In this document: in pieces, positions 38,519 to 47,927 of the stretch
How the letters are laid out: each line of letters begins with the position of its first letter
Numbering within the stretch: the first letter of the stretch is position 1
Assembly (NCBI GenBank): GCA_038064495.1
Contig: JBBTSZ010000004.1
Location: 5,363 to 69,362 of the forward strand
Origin: Patescibacteria group bacterium
GTDB lineage: Bacteria; Patescibacteriota; Minisyncoccia; Phycocordibacterales; Phycocordibacteraceae
DNA: 64,000 nucleotides
Reading direction: 5' to 3'
The notes under the pieces: generated by a model
Told to the model about the DNA's origin: nothing
The model's input: the letters and a program-made list of their open reading frames with translations, nothing else
Databases searched by the model: none
Program-made: the position numbers and the translations under genes

Positions 38519-39520
38519 ATGCAACCTATGATTACGGCTTTTCTCAAAGATAAGGTGGTTCTGGTGACCGGAGGTACCGGTACGTTCGGTAACGCCTTTG
38601 TGAAGAAGGTTCTTGCTGAGAACCAGATTAAGAAACTGATTATCTTTTCACGTGACGAATTGAAACAAAGTCAGATGCAGGCTTCTATAGAAGACCCGCA
38701 CAAAAAACTCCGGTTCTTCCTCGGAGATATCCGTGATTTGCCGCGCCTTAATCAAGCATTTCATGGAGTAGATTATGTTGTTCATGCCGCTGCCTTGAAA
38801 CGAGTTGATGCACTTGAATACAATCCGTCTGAAGCCATCAAAACAAATATCCTTGGAGGTCAGAATGTTATTGATGCAGCGCTCGCGAACAACGTGACTA
38901 AGTGCCTCCTTATTTCTACTGATAAAGCAGTTCAGCCGATTAACCTCTATGGTGCAACAAAACTTGCTGCCGAAAAACTCTTTGTTGCAGCGAACGCATA
39001 CCGGAGTCCTTCACAGAACACCGCATTCGGCGTTGTGCGGTATGGAAACGTCGTCGGTAGCCGTGGGAGTTTTATAGAAATGATTAAGACTCAGCGAGCG
39101 ACGGGTGTCATCACCCTTACCCACGAAAAGATGACGAGGTTCTGGATAACCATAGACAAGGTGATGGACGTGATTATTGAGAGTCTCGACCGGCTCCAAG
39201 GAGGAGAGACTTTTGTGCCGAAGATGGGGAATATGCCGGTCGTTGATGTGATTAAAATGCTTACTCCTGAATGTGAGATTAAGACAATTGGTATGCGCCC
39301 AGGTGAGAAACTCCACGAAGTGCTCGTTACCGAATATGAAGCACCGCGTACCAAAGATGGAGGAACAACCTTTATTGTGAAGCCCGAACAAGACTTCGTT
39401 GCCTCCTATTGCGGATGGCTCGACACACTTCCCGAAGCAGAAAAAGACTTTATTTTTGCAAGTGACAATCCTACATTCTTGCTCACGCAACCAGAAGCTG
39501 AAAAGATTCTCAAAATCTAA
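38519..39520 (+). CDS. pseB: UDP-GlcNAc 4,6-dehydratase (inverting)
   Basis: TGGTGTFG, FSRDELKQ, HAAALK, STDKA..PINLYGATK, RYGNVVGSRGS, MTRFWIT, RPGEKLHE. Confidence 0.9.
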   Translation: MQPMITAFLKDKVVLVTGGTGTFGNAFVKKVLAENQIKKLIIFSRDELKQSQMQASIEDPHKKLRFFLGDIRDLPRLNQAFHGVDYVVHAAALKRVDALEYNPSEAIKTNILGGQNVIDAALANNVTKCLLISTDKAVQPINLYGATKLAAEKLFVAANAYRSPSQNTAFGVVRYGNVVGSRGSFIEMIKTQRATGVITLTHEKMTRFWITIDKVMDVIIESLDRLQGGETFVPKMGNMPVVDVIKMLTPECEIKTIGMRPGEKLHEVLVTEYEAPRTKDGGTTFIVKPEQDFVASYCGWLDTLPEAEKDFIFASDNPTFLLTQPEAEKILKI

Positions 39521-40224
39521 CTACCAGTATAGGTAATGTCTTCGTCATCAAGTCGTCGGTAGGGCTTTTCGTTTTGTATTTCCTCAAGGGCGTGCGCCAT
39601 CATTCCCGGCATGCGACCGAATGCGAAGAGCGGTTTGCCGAGATGTGGGTCAAGTCCGAGCTCAAGCATAAGTGCTGCTATGGCCCCATCAATATTGAGC
39701 GGGAGGTGCTTTCCGGTCGCGACCGCAAGTTCCTTTTCAATTAAACGTGCTTGTTCAACATGTACCCCTGCGATTCCGAGCTCTGTCGCAGCCTGAAGGA
39801 GTTGCTGCGCACGCGGGTCAGCATCCTTATAGACTTTGTGTCCGTAGCCCGGAAAGCGTGAACGCTCTGCAAGTACTTTCTCCACTGAGGTCTTCGCCTG
39901 AAAGTACTGTGCCGCCGCTTCAATAGCACCACCATGGTGGTCTCCTGTTGCGAGAATGCCTGCCGCAATGGCCACATGGAGCGGGTTACCCACTGAGGCC
40001 GATACGCGAGCACTAAATGCCGAAGGAGCCTGGACCCCATGCTCACTCATGGAAACGAGCATCATATCGAAGAGTTTTTGTTCGGTATCTGAAGGAAGTC
40101 TTCCAGAAAGAAGGAGGAAGGAAACCTCTGAAAAGGAATGGTCTCGGACCAGTTCTGAAAGGGAGATGCCCCGTACTACAAGTTGGCCCTCTTTTGTCGT
40201 GCTAATAGCGGTGTTCCATTTCAT
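39517..40224 (-). CDS. ccl: Citryl-CoA lyase (citrate-synthase-like fold)
   Basis: WNTAIS, EHG, HGGAIE, PGYGHKVY..DPR, LNIDGAIAA. 235 aa stand-alone protein. Confidence 0.8.
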   Translation of the reverse strand: MKWNTAISTTKEGQLVVRGISLSELVRDHSFSEVSFLLLSGRLPSDTEQKLFDMMLVSMSEHGVQAPSAFSARVSASVGNPLHVAIAAGILATGDHHGGAIEAAAQYFQAKTSVEKVLAERSRFPGYGHKVYKDADPRAQQLLQAATELGIAGVHVEQARLIEKELAVATGKHLPLNIDGAIAALMLELGLDPHLGKPLFAFGRMPGMMAHALEEIQNEKPYRRLDDEDITYTGS

Positions 40225-40227
40225 ACG

Positions 40228-41124
40228 TTATGTAAGTATACGCTTAAGGGCAGGAGAGATTTCTTCAACCGTGGAAACGATGGTGACGCCAGCAGCAGTG
40301 AGTGCTTGCACTTTAGAGGCATAGCTTCCACGGCCTTTCGCTACGATGGTTCCCGCGTGACCAAGTACTGTGCCGTCAGTGAGTGTGTCTGCAAACTCTC
40401 CAGCGATGAGGGCAACAACAGGTTTGGAGAAAGAATTCTTTTTAATATAGTCAGCAGCTTGCTCCTCATAGGTACCGCCCACCTCTCCGAAGAGAACAAC
40501 GGCTGTCGTTTCAGCATCCTCAGCAAACAAGGTAAGGAGGTCAGTAAAATCGGAACCGATAAGAATGTCAGCACCAATACCTACAGCCGTTGACTGACCC
40601 AGTCCGGCGTTCGTCAGCGCGAGTGCAATCTCACTCGTCATTCCCCCTGATTTTGAAAGCACCCCAACAGAACCAGGTGAATAGACCTTCACCATCTCCC
40701 CAGAACCAATACTTCCAATCTTTGCTTTACCGGGAGAAATGATGCCAACCGACGAAGGGCCGACGACTCGTATGCCACACCTCCTCGCTTCAGCAAGCAT
40801 CCGGGCGGTGTCCTGTGTAGGAATATGTTCGGTCAGAATTACCACAAGCGGAATAGAGGCTCGTATAGATTCAAGTGCAGCGTCCATTGCAAATCGTGCT
40901 GGAACGACAACGAGGGACGTATTTATCTCGGGATGAGCAGTGAGTGCCTCAGCAACCGTGTTGTAGACCGGCACACCTTCCACCATCTCACCTCCTTTGC
41001 CGGGTGTGACGCCCGCAAGCACGGGTGTGCCGTATGCAAGAGACTCTCGACAGGTGCGTGCACCTTCATTCCCGGTGACGCCTTGTATCAAAAGTCGTGT
41101 CTCCTTGTCGATGAGGATGCTCAT
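40228..41124 (-). CDS. SucD-like CoA ligase alpha subunit (citryl-CoA synthetase small subunit)
   Basis: QGVTG, GVTPGKGG, SKSGG, FGEVGG, phospho-His motif LGHAG. Confidence 0.85.
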   Translation of the reverse strand: MSILIDKETRLLIQGVTGNEGARTCRESLAYGTPVLAGVTPGKGGEMVEGVPVYNTVAEALTAHPEINTSLVVVPARFAMDAALESIRASIPLVVILTEHIPTQDTARMLAEARRCGIRVVGPSSVGIISPGKAKIGSIGSGEMVKVYSPGSVGVLSKSGGMTSEIALALTNAGLGQSTAVGIGADILIGSDFTDLLTLFAEDAETTAVVLFGEVGGTYEEQAADYIKKNSFSKPVVALIAGEFADTLTDGTVLGHAGTIVAKGRGSYASKVQALTAAGVTIVSTVEEISPALKRILT

Positions 41125-42179
41125 ACCGTTTTGTACGCAAGCGTCACCATAGTTGTTGCGGTGTCCTTCATGCTCGTCGTTGCGTCAAACAAATGAATAT
41201 CAAATCCTTCCTCTTGGGCAGCATCCTGGAGCATACGAAATGCTTCTTCACGCCGTGGGCCATCCCGGCGTATGACAATAGGGAAGGTTGGCTTCACTTC
41301 ACGCAATGCCTCAAGAAAGCCGGACATGGTTTCATAAATATCCGTAAAGTTCGCCGCGGCACCAACGACCCAGCACCCACGGAGTCCGGGATGCGATAGA
41401 ACTCGCAGGGTTAGTTCCTTAACGACCGACGCGGGAGGATTCCCCGAGTATTCCGTATAGTTTGCCGGTTTGCCTCCTGCACGAATGAGCGTGTCCATGT
41501 TTAAAAGGGAAGCGCCTCCACCAGACGCGAGAATGGCAATGTCCCCCGTGAGGGTCAGGATACGTTTCTCGCCGGGAGCAACTCTTTCGTCATCAGTTTG
41601 AATCTTAGCGTCGCCCGCAACGAGGCCACCGGCTGTTTCAAAAAGCGGATTGATTTCCGCCACAAGCGCGTATTCGTCAATAAACAATTTCCAGAGCTTC
41701 TGAATAACGTCTGAGAATTCTGAATGAACCTCTTTAGGAATATCAGCCGCGGTGTACGCCATGCTGAGGAGTTTGTCAGTAAGGCCTTCGAGAATGGAGA
41801 TGGGTGTGGTGTGTGCATCACTAATTCCCGTTCCTCCAGTTCGTGAGAGTGATAGAACTGGTGCTCGCGTATCTGTGTCGTACGAGAAACTCACATAATA
41901 TTCGTTCGTTGCCTGCACTCGTTCCTCTACAAGGATGTGTTCAACAGGCTCACCGGAAATCTCCTTCGAAAAGAGCGTCGCGAGCCCTTCCTCGGCCTCA
42001 GCCTGGTTTTCTGCAAAGATAATGCCCCCAGCCTTCATGCGGTCGCCAGAGCGCACCTGAGCCTTCAGTACGACCGGGAAGCTGGAAAGGGTGGTAGGAG
42101 CCTCAAGAAGGCTCCCCTCCGGTACTGGGATGCCATAGGAGGTGAAGAGTGCCTTTCCTTCAAATTCTCGGAGCCTCAT
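41121..42179 (-). CDS. ATP-grasp SucC-like subunit with ACL citrate-binding motif (citryl-CoA synthetase large subunit)
   Basis: LREFEGK, VLKAQV..R.KAGGI, EINPL, GGGAS..D, ANYTEYSGNP, GAAANFTD, RRDGP. ATG 42179. Confidence 0.8.
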   Translation of the reverse strand: MRLREFEGKALFTSYGIPVPEGSLLEAPTTLSSFPVVLKAQVRSGDRMKAGGIIFAENQAEAEEGLATLFSKEISGEPVEHILVEERVQATNEYYVSFSYDTDTRAPVLSLSRTGGTGISDAHTTPISILEGLTDKLLSMAYTAADIPKEVHSEFSDVIQKLWKLFIDEYALVAEINPLFETAGGLVAGDAKIQTDDERVAPGEKRILTLTGDIAILASGGGASLLNMDTLIRAGGKPANYTEYSGNPPASVVKELTLRVLSHPGLRGCWVVGAAANFTDIYETMSGFLEALREVKPTFPIVIRRDGPRREEAFRMLQDAAQEEGFDIHLFDATTSMKDTATTMVTLAYKTV

Positions 42180-42259
42180 AGTTAGGAAAACTATACCCCA
42201 GGCTGATACGTTGCGACACAAAACTTTTACCGCTCCTCGTGGTTCTATATACTGTATAT

Positions 42260-42805
42260 ATGGAAGCAAAAGCCTTTCTTGAAGGAGATACACTCATACT
42301 CCGACCACTCGCTATCAGCGACTTGGAAGGGGCTTATATCTCGTGGCTGAATGACCCGGAGGTGAATGCTCATAACTCGCACCACGTGTTTCCGTATACA
42401 GAGGCTCAGGCACGAGCTTACGTGGAGCGGGTGAGTACTGACGAACACAATCTTGTGCTTGCAATCGTCGCAAAAGATTCAAAGACTCATATTGGGAATA
42501 TTTCTCTGCAACACATTGATTTCGTTTCGCACTCGGCCGAATATGCCATTCTCATAGGCGACCGCGCGTATTGGGGAAAGGGCGTGGCTGCTGAAGCATC
42601 AAGGCTTTTGCTGAAACACGGATTCACTGCACTCAATCTCCATCGTATTTATTGCGGGACTAGTTCTGAAAATATTGCCATGCAGAAACTCGCAGCAAAG
42701 CTCGGATTTGTTGAAGAGGGGAAACGCCGAGAAGCCCACTATAAGAATGGAGCCTATACTGACATCATTGAGTACGGTCTTCTCGCCTCAGAATTCTCTG
42801 CATGA
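42260..42805 (+). CDS. GNAT N-acetyltransferase (PseH/RimJ-like)
   Basis: LRPL..WLND, HIGNI, YWGKG, LNLHRI, LGFVEEG. Confidence 0.85.
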   Translation: MEAKAFLEGDTLILRPLAISDLEGAYISWLNDPEVNAHNSHHVFPYTEAQARAYVERVSTDEHNLVLAIVAKDSKTHIGNISLQHIDFVSHSAEYAILIGDRAYWGKGVAAEASRLLLKHGFTALNLHRIYCGTSSENIAMQKLAAKLGFVEEGKRREAHYKNGAYTDIIEYGLLASEFSA

Positions 42806-43992
42806 TTCCCGAAGACGCAACACCGCTTTTTCCGCACCTTATGTACTGCACTCGTTGTTGTATACCTGAGACTCAAGAAGGAATTGATTTTGACGAGCTT
42901 GGTATCTGTAAAGCATGTCGTTCTTCCGAACAGAAAATACACATCGATTGGGTGGCGCGTGGTAAACAGCTCGAAGAGATACTTGCCGATGCAAAAGCAA
43001 AAGCGGGAGATAACTATGACTGCATCATTCCAATAAGCGGTGGCAAGGACAGTACGTTTCAACTCCACGTACTCACGAAGGTGTATGGCATGAAGCCACT
43101 GGCCGTGACCTTCAGTCATAATTGGTGGAGTGAGAGTGGGTGGTACAACTTACAAAACGCGCTCGAAAAATTCAACGTTGACCACATCGCCTTCACACCG
43201 AACCGTGCCCTTATTAACCGGCTTACCAAACATTCTGTTGAAGGTATCGGAGACGTTAGTTGGCATGATCATGCTGGTGTAGGTTCGTTTCCGCTTCAGA
43301 TGGCTGTGAAATACAACATTCCGCTTTTGATATGGGGTGAATCAATAGCAGAGTCCTCGGGCCGTGCTTCATATGACGATCCGGTCCATAAGTTTGACCG
43401 TGATTATTTTCTTAAAGTATCGGCGAAACTTGCTCCGGACGAAATGGTAAATAAAGACGTTACTTCACGTGACCTGTATCCATTTGTAGTACCGTCTGTC
43501 GAAGAAGTAGAAAAAACTGGCGTTTGGGGTCTTCACTTGGGTGATTACTTATTTTGGGACGAAGAACGTCAGACGGAGTTTATTCGAGATACGTACGGTT
43601 GGCGCGAAACGGAAATGGAAAACGCCTATAAGCGGTACAAGAGCGTTGAGGACATCATGAGTGGTATGCATGACTTCACGTGTTATCTAAAGCGCGGGTA
43701 CGGACGTGCCACCTACCAGGCCTCCATCGACGTGCGCAACGGATTACTCACGCGCGAGGAAGGCTTTCAACTTATTCGGAAACACGACACGGAACGACCG
43801 GAGGCTCTCGACTACTATCTGAAAGTGTCAGGCTCTACTGAGGAAGAATTCTATGCCACGATGGAAAAGAAGCGTCACTCAAAGATGGTAGGAATCAATA
43901 TACCCGTGCACCCTAAAACACATAAAAGCGAAGAGCGCATACTGCCATTTCCGGAGCAATTGATTGAAAAGTTCGACACGAACCATGAATAA
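42802..43992 (+). CDS. N-acetyl sugar amidotransferase (PseA/WbuX family)
   Basis: CTRC..C..C zinc site, PP-loop ISGGKDS, IWGE, KRGYGRA..DVRNG..TREE. Confidence 0.9.
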   Translation: MIPEDATPLFPHLMYCTRCCIPETQEGIDFDELGICKACRSSEQKIHIDWVARGKQLEEILADAKAKAGDNYDCIIPISGGKDSTFQLHVLTKVYGMKPLAVTFSHNWWSESGWYNLQNALEKFNVDHIAFTPNRALINRLTKHSVEGIGDVSWHDHAGVGSFPLQMAVKYNIPLLIWGESIAESSGRASYDDPVHKFDRDYFLKVSAKLAPDEMVNKDVTSRDLYPFVVPSVEEVEKTGVWGLHLGDYLFWDEERQTEFIRDTYGWRETEMENAYKRYKSVEDIMSGMHDFTCYLKRGYGRATYQASIDVRNGLLTREEGFQLIRKHDTERPEALDYYLKVSGSTEEEFYATMEKKRHSKMVGINIPVHPKTHKSEERILPFPEQLIEKFDTNHE

Positions 43993-45322
43993 ACTTTTTA
44001 TCGAGAACTCCATCAATACACTTGTCGAAAAGCTTCACAGAGGAGCACTTCGACCCGAGGACCTATCGAATGCAACGCGTGAGAACATCTCTGAGCTCGA
44101 CTCGAAGTATCATGCGTTTGTCGTGTCGGCGGACAAGGGAGAGATGCTACGTATGCAACAGACCTCCGCCGGGAAAGGATTGTTCGCGCATGTTCCCGTT
44201 GGCGTAAAAGACATCTACAACACGGCCGATTTTCCAACACAGATGGGAAGTGCGTTATGGAAAAATTTCAAACCAGGCAACGATGCGCGCAGCCTCTTTA
44301 ATTTAAAGCGAGAAGGTGCGGTCGTGGCGGGGAAGACGGTCACGGCTGAGTTTGCCGTACATGCACTGAATGAAACCCTGAATCCCTACGACGTAACCCG
44401 TACGCCGGGCACATCTTCATCGGGTTCCGCTGTCGCGGTTGCGCTCGGCATGGTGCCGTTTGCTACTGGCACCCAGACGGCAGGGTCCATCATCCGTCCT
44501 GCGAGTTTTTGTGGTATCTACGGTATGAAGCCGTCCTTCGGATTTATTCCCCGCACGGGTGTACTGAAGACTACCGACAGTCTCGACACGCTCGGATTTT
44601 TCAGCGTGCATCTCGAGGATTTGAGGCGAGGCTTCGATGCCATGCGCGTTCATGGTCTTGACTACCCGATAAGCAACGTCGCCATAACGGACACGACGCG
44701 ACAGCAGAAGCGGGAAGGTCGCCCCTGGCGCGTCGGCTTCGTTCGCACTCATACCTGGGACGATGCTGAACCATACGCACAAGAGGCGTTCCTTGCGTTT
44801 GCGAAAAAACTTGGTGAGGAACGTGGTTTTGAAGTCGTTGACGCAACACTTCCGGAGCTGCTGCGGCAAGCGCACGAGACGCACGAGACCATATATGACA
44901 AAGCTCTCTCGTATTATTTCCAAAACGAGTACAAACATGCCGAGGACATTTCTCCCGTGATGCAGGAGATGATAGAGAAAGGGAAGGCGATTACGCCCGA
45001 GATGTACCAGGTGGCACTCGCTCGTCAGAGCGAGATGCTCTACGCGATGGACGAATATCTCAAAGAATTCGAGGTGCTTATCACACTTTCGACTGCGGGC
45101 GAAGCCCCGCTTCGTGAAGTGCGCGAGAAGCCAGACTCGTCTCTCATATGGACACTTACGCATCTTCCGGTGGTCGGCGTACCAGCATTTCGCTCACCGG
45201 ACAATCTCCCGTTCGGGTTTCAAGTGGTCGCACGCAAATACAACGACTACCTCCTACTCTCGTTCCTCGACACACTTCGTGAACGGAACCTTATTCCTGC
45301 GCGAGCCGGGTATTTCCTATGA
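43985..45322 (+). CDS. Amidase-signature family enzyme
   Basis: VKDI, TPGTSSSGSAVAVA and GTQTAGSIIRPASFCG (Lys-Ser-Ser triad). Start overlaps the amidotransferase stop. Confidence 0.9.
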   Translation: MNKLFIENSINTLVEKLHRGALRPEDLSNATRENISELDSKYHAFVVSADKGEMLRMQQTSAGKGLFAHVPVGVKDIYNTADFPTQMGSALWKNFKPGNDARSLFNLKREGAVVAGKTVTAEFAVHALNETLNPYDVTRTPGTSSSGSAVAVALGMVPFATGTQTAGSIIRPASFCGIYGMKPSFGFIPRTGVLKTTDSLDTLGFFSVHLEDLRRGFDAMRVHGLDYPISNVAITDTTRQQKREGRPWRVGFVRTHTWDDAEPYAQEAFLAFAKKLGEERGFEVVDATLPELLRQAHETHETIYDKALSYYFQNEYKHAEDISPVMQEMIEKGKAITPEMYQVALARQSEMLYAMDEYLKEFEVLITLSTAGEAPLREVREKPDSSLIWTLTHLPVVGVPAFRSPDNLPFGFQVVARKYNDYLLLSFLDTLRERNLIPARAGYFL

Positions 45323-46158
45323 AAGTTCTTGTACCAGGTTCGCGCGGTCTTTTAGGGACTACACTTACGGCAGTATTACAAAGTCAGCGACATGAAGTAA
45401 TTATCTTTGAAGGAGATATATCTGATGAGCAGAATGTAAAAGAGCAGGTACGTCACACATCGCCGGACGCCATTGTGAATGCATCTGCTATTGCGGATGT
45501 AAAAGTCTGTGAGGAGGAACCGGAGAAGGCAAGGGCAGTAAATGCGCTCGGCCAGAAATATCTCGTCGAAATGGCACAAGAGCTTTCGATTCCAATTATC
45601 TATATTTCCACGGTGTCAGTATTTAACGGAGAAGGAAATTACAAAGAGGATGATATCCCGAATCCACAGAATGTTTACAATAAAACCAAAAGAGAAGGCG
45701 AGCTACATACCCTTGCATACCAGAAGGGAATCGTGGCTCGTGTAAATATAATAGGTATTCATCGAAACGGTTCACGCGGGAAGGCGTTCCTTGAATGGAT
45801 GATTGATACGATAAAGGCTAATAAGGATCTGACTTTGTACACAGACTCGCGAATCAATCCATTATCAAATATCACCTTATCAGATCTCATACTCAAGCTA
45901 CTGGAAAGGCCTCCTGAGTATCAGATTATCCATCTAGGCTCTAAGGATGTGATATCGAAGGCAGATATCGGTGAGATGGTGTTGTCATATTTTCCTGAAT
46001 ACGCTGGTGAGGTGACGCGAACCCCTCAGTCAACCCAGTCAACGCAACCAAGGGAGATGTGGCTGAATGTGGAAAGAGCCGCAAAGCTGTTCGGCCCTCT
46101 TCCCTCTGTTTCAGAGGAGGTTCAGAAAATATTGCTTAATAAGAATGTTGCTTCCTAA
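45319..46158 (+). CDS. RmlD-like SDR sugar-nucleotide reductase
   Basis: GSRGLLG, ADVKVCE, YISTVSVF.G, YNKTK. Confidence 0.85.
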   Translation: MKVLVPGSRGLLGTTLTAVLQSQRHEVIIFEGDISDEQNVKEQVRHTSPDAIVNASAIADVKVCEEEPEKARAVNALGQKYLVEMAQELSIPIIYISTVSVFNGEGNYKEDDIPNPQNVYNKTKREGELHTLAYQKGIVARVNIIGIHRNGSRGKAFLEWMIDTIKANKDLTLYTDSRINPLSNITLSDLILKLLERPPEYQIIHLGSKDVISKADIGEMVLSYFPEYAGEVTRTPQSTQSTQPREMWLNVERAAKLFGPLPSVSEEVQKILLNKNVAS

Positions 46159-46186
46159 GCTCTTGGCGCGAGGTTATACTCGGTAC

Positions 46187-47278
46187 ATGAACAGGCAACC
46201 GATCAAAATAGGAAACCGTTTAGTGGGTCCGGGGTATCCGGCCTACATCATTGCCGAGATAGGCTCCAATTTTGACGGCGATCTTGAGAGGGCAAAAATG
46301 CTCGCTAAGATGTCCAAAGACGCGGGAGCAGACGCGTATAAGATTCAAAACTTTCTTGCTCCAAAGATTGTCTCCGCAGAAGGATTTAAAGACCTCCAAG
46401 TAGCCTTCCAGGCAAAATGGGACAAACCGGTAGTGGAAGTATATAAAAACGCGGAGTTTCCTCGTGAATGGGTAAAAGAAGTTGCAGACTACTGCAAAGA
46501 AATCGACATCGAATTCTTCTCTAGTCCGTATGACGAAGACGCAGTGGACCTCCTCGAAGAGCTTGGTGTGGCCGCTTACAAGGTAGGTTCAGGGGAAATA
46601 GATAATCTCGAGTTCATTACGCGTATTGCAAAGACCGGAAAGCCAGTCATTATTGGCGCAGGAGCCGCAACGATAGAAGAAGTTGAAGATGCGATACGTA
46701 CCGTACGCCAGGCGGGGAATGAACAAATTGTTCTTCTCCAGTGTGTTACGAATTATCCTTCACCTATGAAAGACGCAAACTTGCGTGCCATGGTCGCGAT
46801 GGGCGAACAGTTCAACGTACTCTACGGATACTCTGACCACACTATAGGTACCGCAGGCGGAGGAGATGACCCGCTAAACGGCATCACCGTTCCTTTGGCG
46901 TCGGTTGCACTTGGCGGTTGCCTCATAGAAAAACACGTTACGGATGACACTACTCGAAAGGGTCCAGACCATCCCTTCGCTATGGTCATCAACGGAAACT
47001 TCAAAGATATGATTGCTGGCGTACACGCCCTTGAATCCGCCCTTGGTGACGGACATAAGGGGCTCACGTCATCCGAAACGGAGACGTCCGTTATTCAGCG
47101 CCGTGGTGCGTACGCACTGCGGGACATTACGTCGGGAGAGACTATCACCCGAGCTGATTTCGAGTACCTGCGACCGGCAGTAGGCATTCGTCCTCGCGAA
47201 GCAGGAACACTAATTGGTGGAATTGCCAGCCGCGATATTACGAAAGGGAAGCCCATAAAGAATGATGACCTCGCCTAA
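46187..47278 (+). CDS. Nonulosonic acid synthase (NeuB/PseI family) with SAF domain
   Basis: IIAEIGSN, KVGSGE, QCVTNYP, GYSDHT, IEKHVT..GPDH. ATG 46187. Confidence 0.92.
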   Translation: MNRQPIKIGNRLVGPGYPAYIIAEIGSNFDGDLERAKMLAKMSKDAGADAYKIQNFLAPKIVSAEGFKDLQVAFQAKWDKPVVEVYKNAEFPREWVKEVADYCKEIDIEFFSSPYDEDAVDLLEELGVAAYKVGSGEIDNLEFITRIAKTGKPVIIGAGAATIEEVEDAIRTVRQAGNEQIVLLQCVTNYPSPMKDANLRAMVAMGEQFNVLYGYSDHTIGTAGGGDDPLNGITVPLASVALGGCLIEKHVTDDTTRKGPDHPFAMVINGNFKDMIAGVHALESALGDGHKGLTSSETETSVIQRRGAYALRDITSGETITRADFEYLRPAVGIRPREAGTLIGGIASRDITKGKPIKNDDLA

Positions 47279-47927
47279 CGAAAAAGTTATTGCCGTCATA
47301 CCGGCCTATAACGAGGCAAAAACAATCAGGAGGGTCATAGAAGGACTACGTCCTTACGTTTCCTCCGTTGTTGTCGTGAACGACGCTTCAAAAGACGAAA
47401 CGGAGAATGAGGCGCACGCTGCGGGCGCCACGGTAGTGTCGCACAAAGTTAACCAAGGATACGACACCACTATTAATGATGGATTCAAGAAAGCTGCGGA
47501 AGAAGGTGCAACCATTATTCTTACGTTCGATGCCGACGGCGAACACGAGCCAACTGACGTGCCGCGCATTCTTGCACCTATTCGTGAAGGAAAAGCAGAC
47601 TTGGTACTCGGCCAAAGGCCAGAGAGTCGCCACTTCGGTGAGCGAGTACTCGCCAGCTATACAAAGGCGAGGTATGGAATTCCTGACCCACTCTGCGGAC
47701 TGAAAGCATATAAGCGAGAAATCTATAACCGTGTGGGTTTTTTTGATTCGGTCTCGTCCATTGGTTCAGAACTTTCGCTTCGCGCGATACGTCTCGGGTA
47801 TAATCCTGCTCTCGTCCCGATAACACTTCACGCGCGGGAGGTAGGAGATACGTCTCGGTTCTACGAATTTAATCTACGGGGTAACATGCGAATACTTATG
47901 GCATTGTGGCGCATACTATGGATATGA
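47262..47927 (+). CDS. Glycosyltransferase family 2
   Basis: VIPAYNE, VNDASKD, TFDADGEH. Confidence 0.9.
   Translation: MMTSPNEKVIAVIPAYNEAKTIRRVIEGLRPYVSSVVVVNDASKDETENEAHAAGATVVSHKVNQGYDTTINDGFKKAAEEGATIILTFDADGEHEPTDVPRILAPIREGKADLVLGQRPESRHFGERVLASYTKARYGIPDPLCGLKAYKREIYNRVGFFDSVSSIGSELSLRAIRLGYNPALVPITLHAREVGDTSRFYEFNLRGNMRILMALWRILWI

Noticed and set aside
40228-42179. Ordinary succinyl-CoA synthetase sucCD
   Set aside because: The large subunit carries ACL-type citrate-binding motifs and is followed by a citryl-CoA lyase.
43985-45322. gatA partner of gatB
   Set aside because: It has GTQTAGS rather than the GatA-type G(S/T)DTGGS, lies 17 kb from gatB, and is coupled to a sugar amidotransferase.
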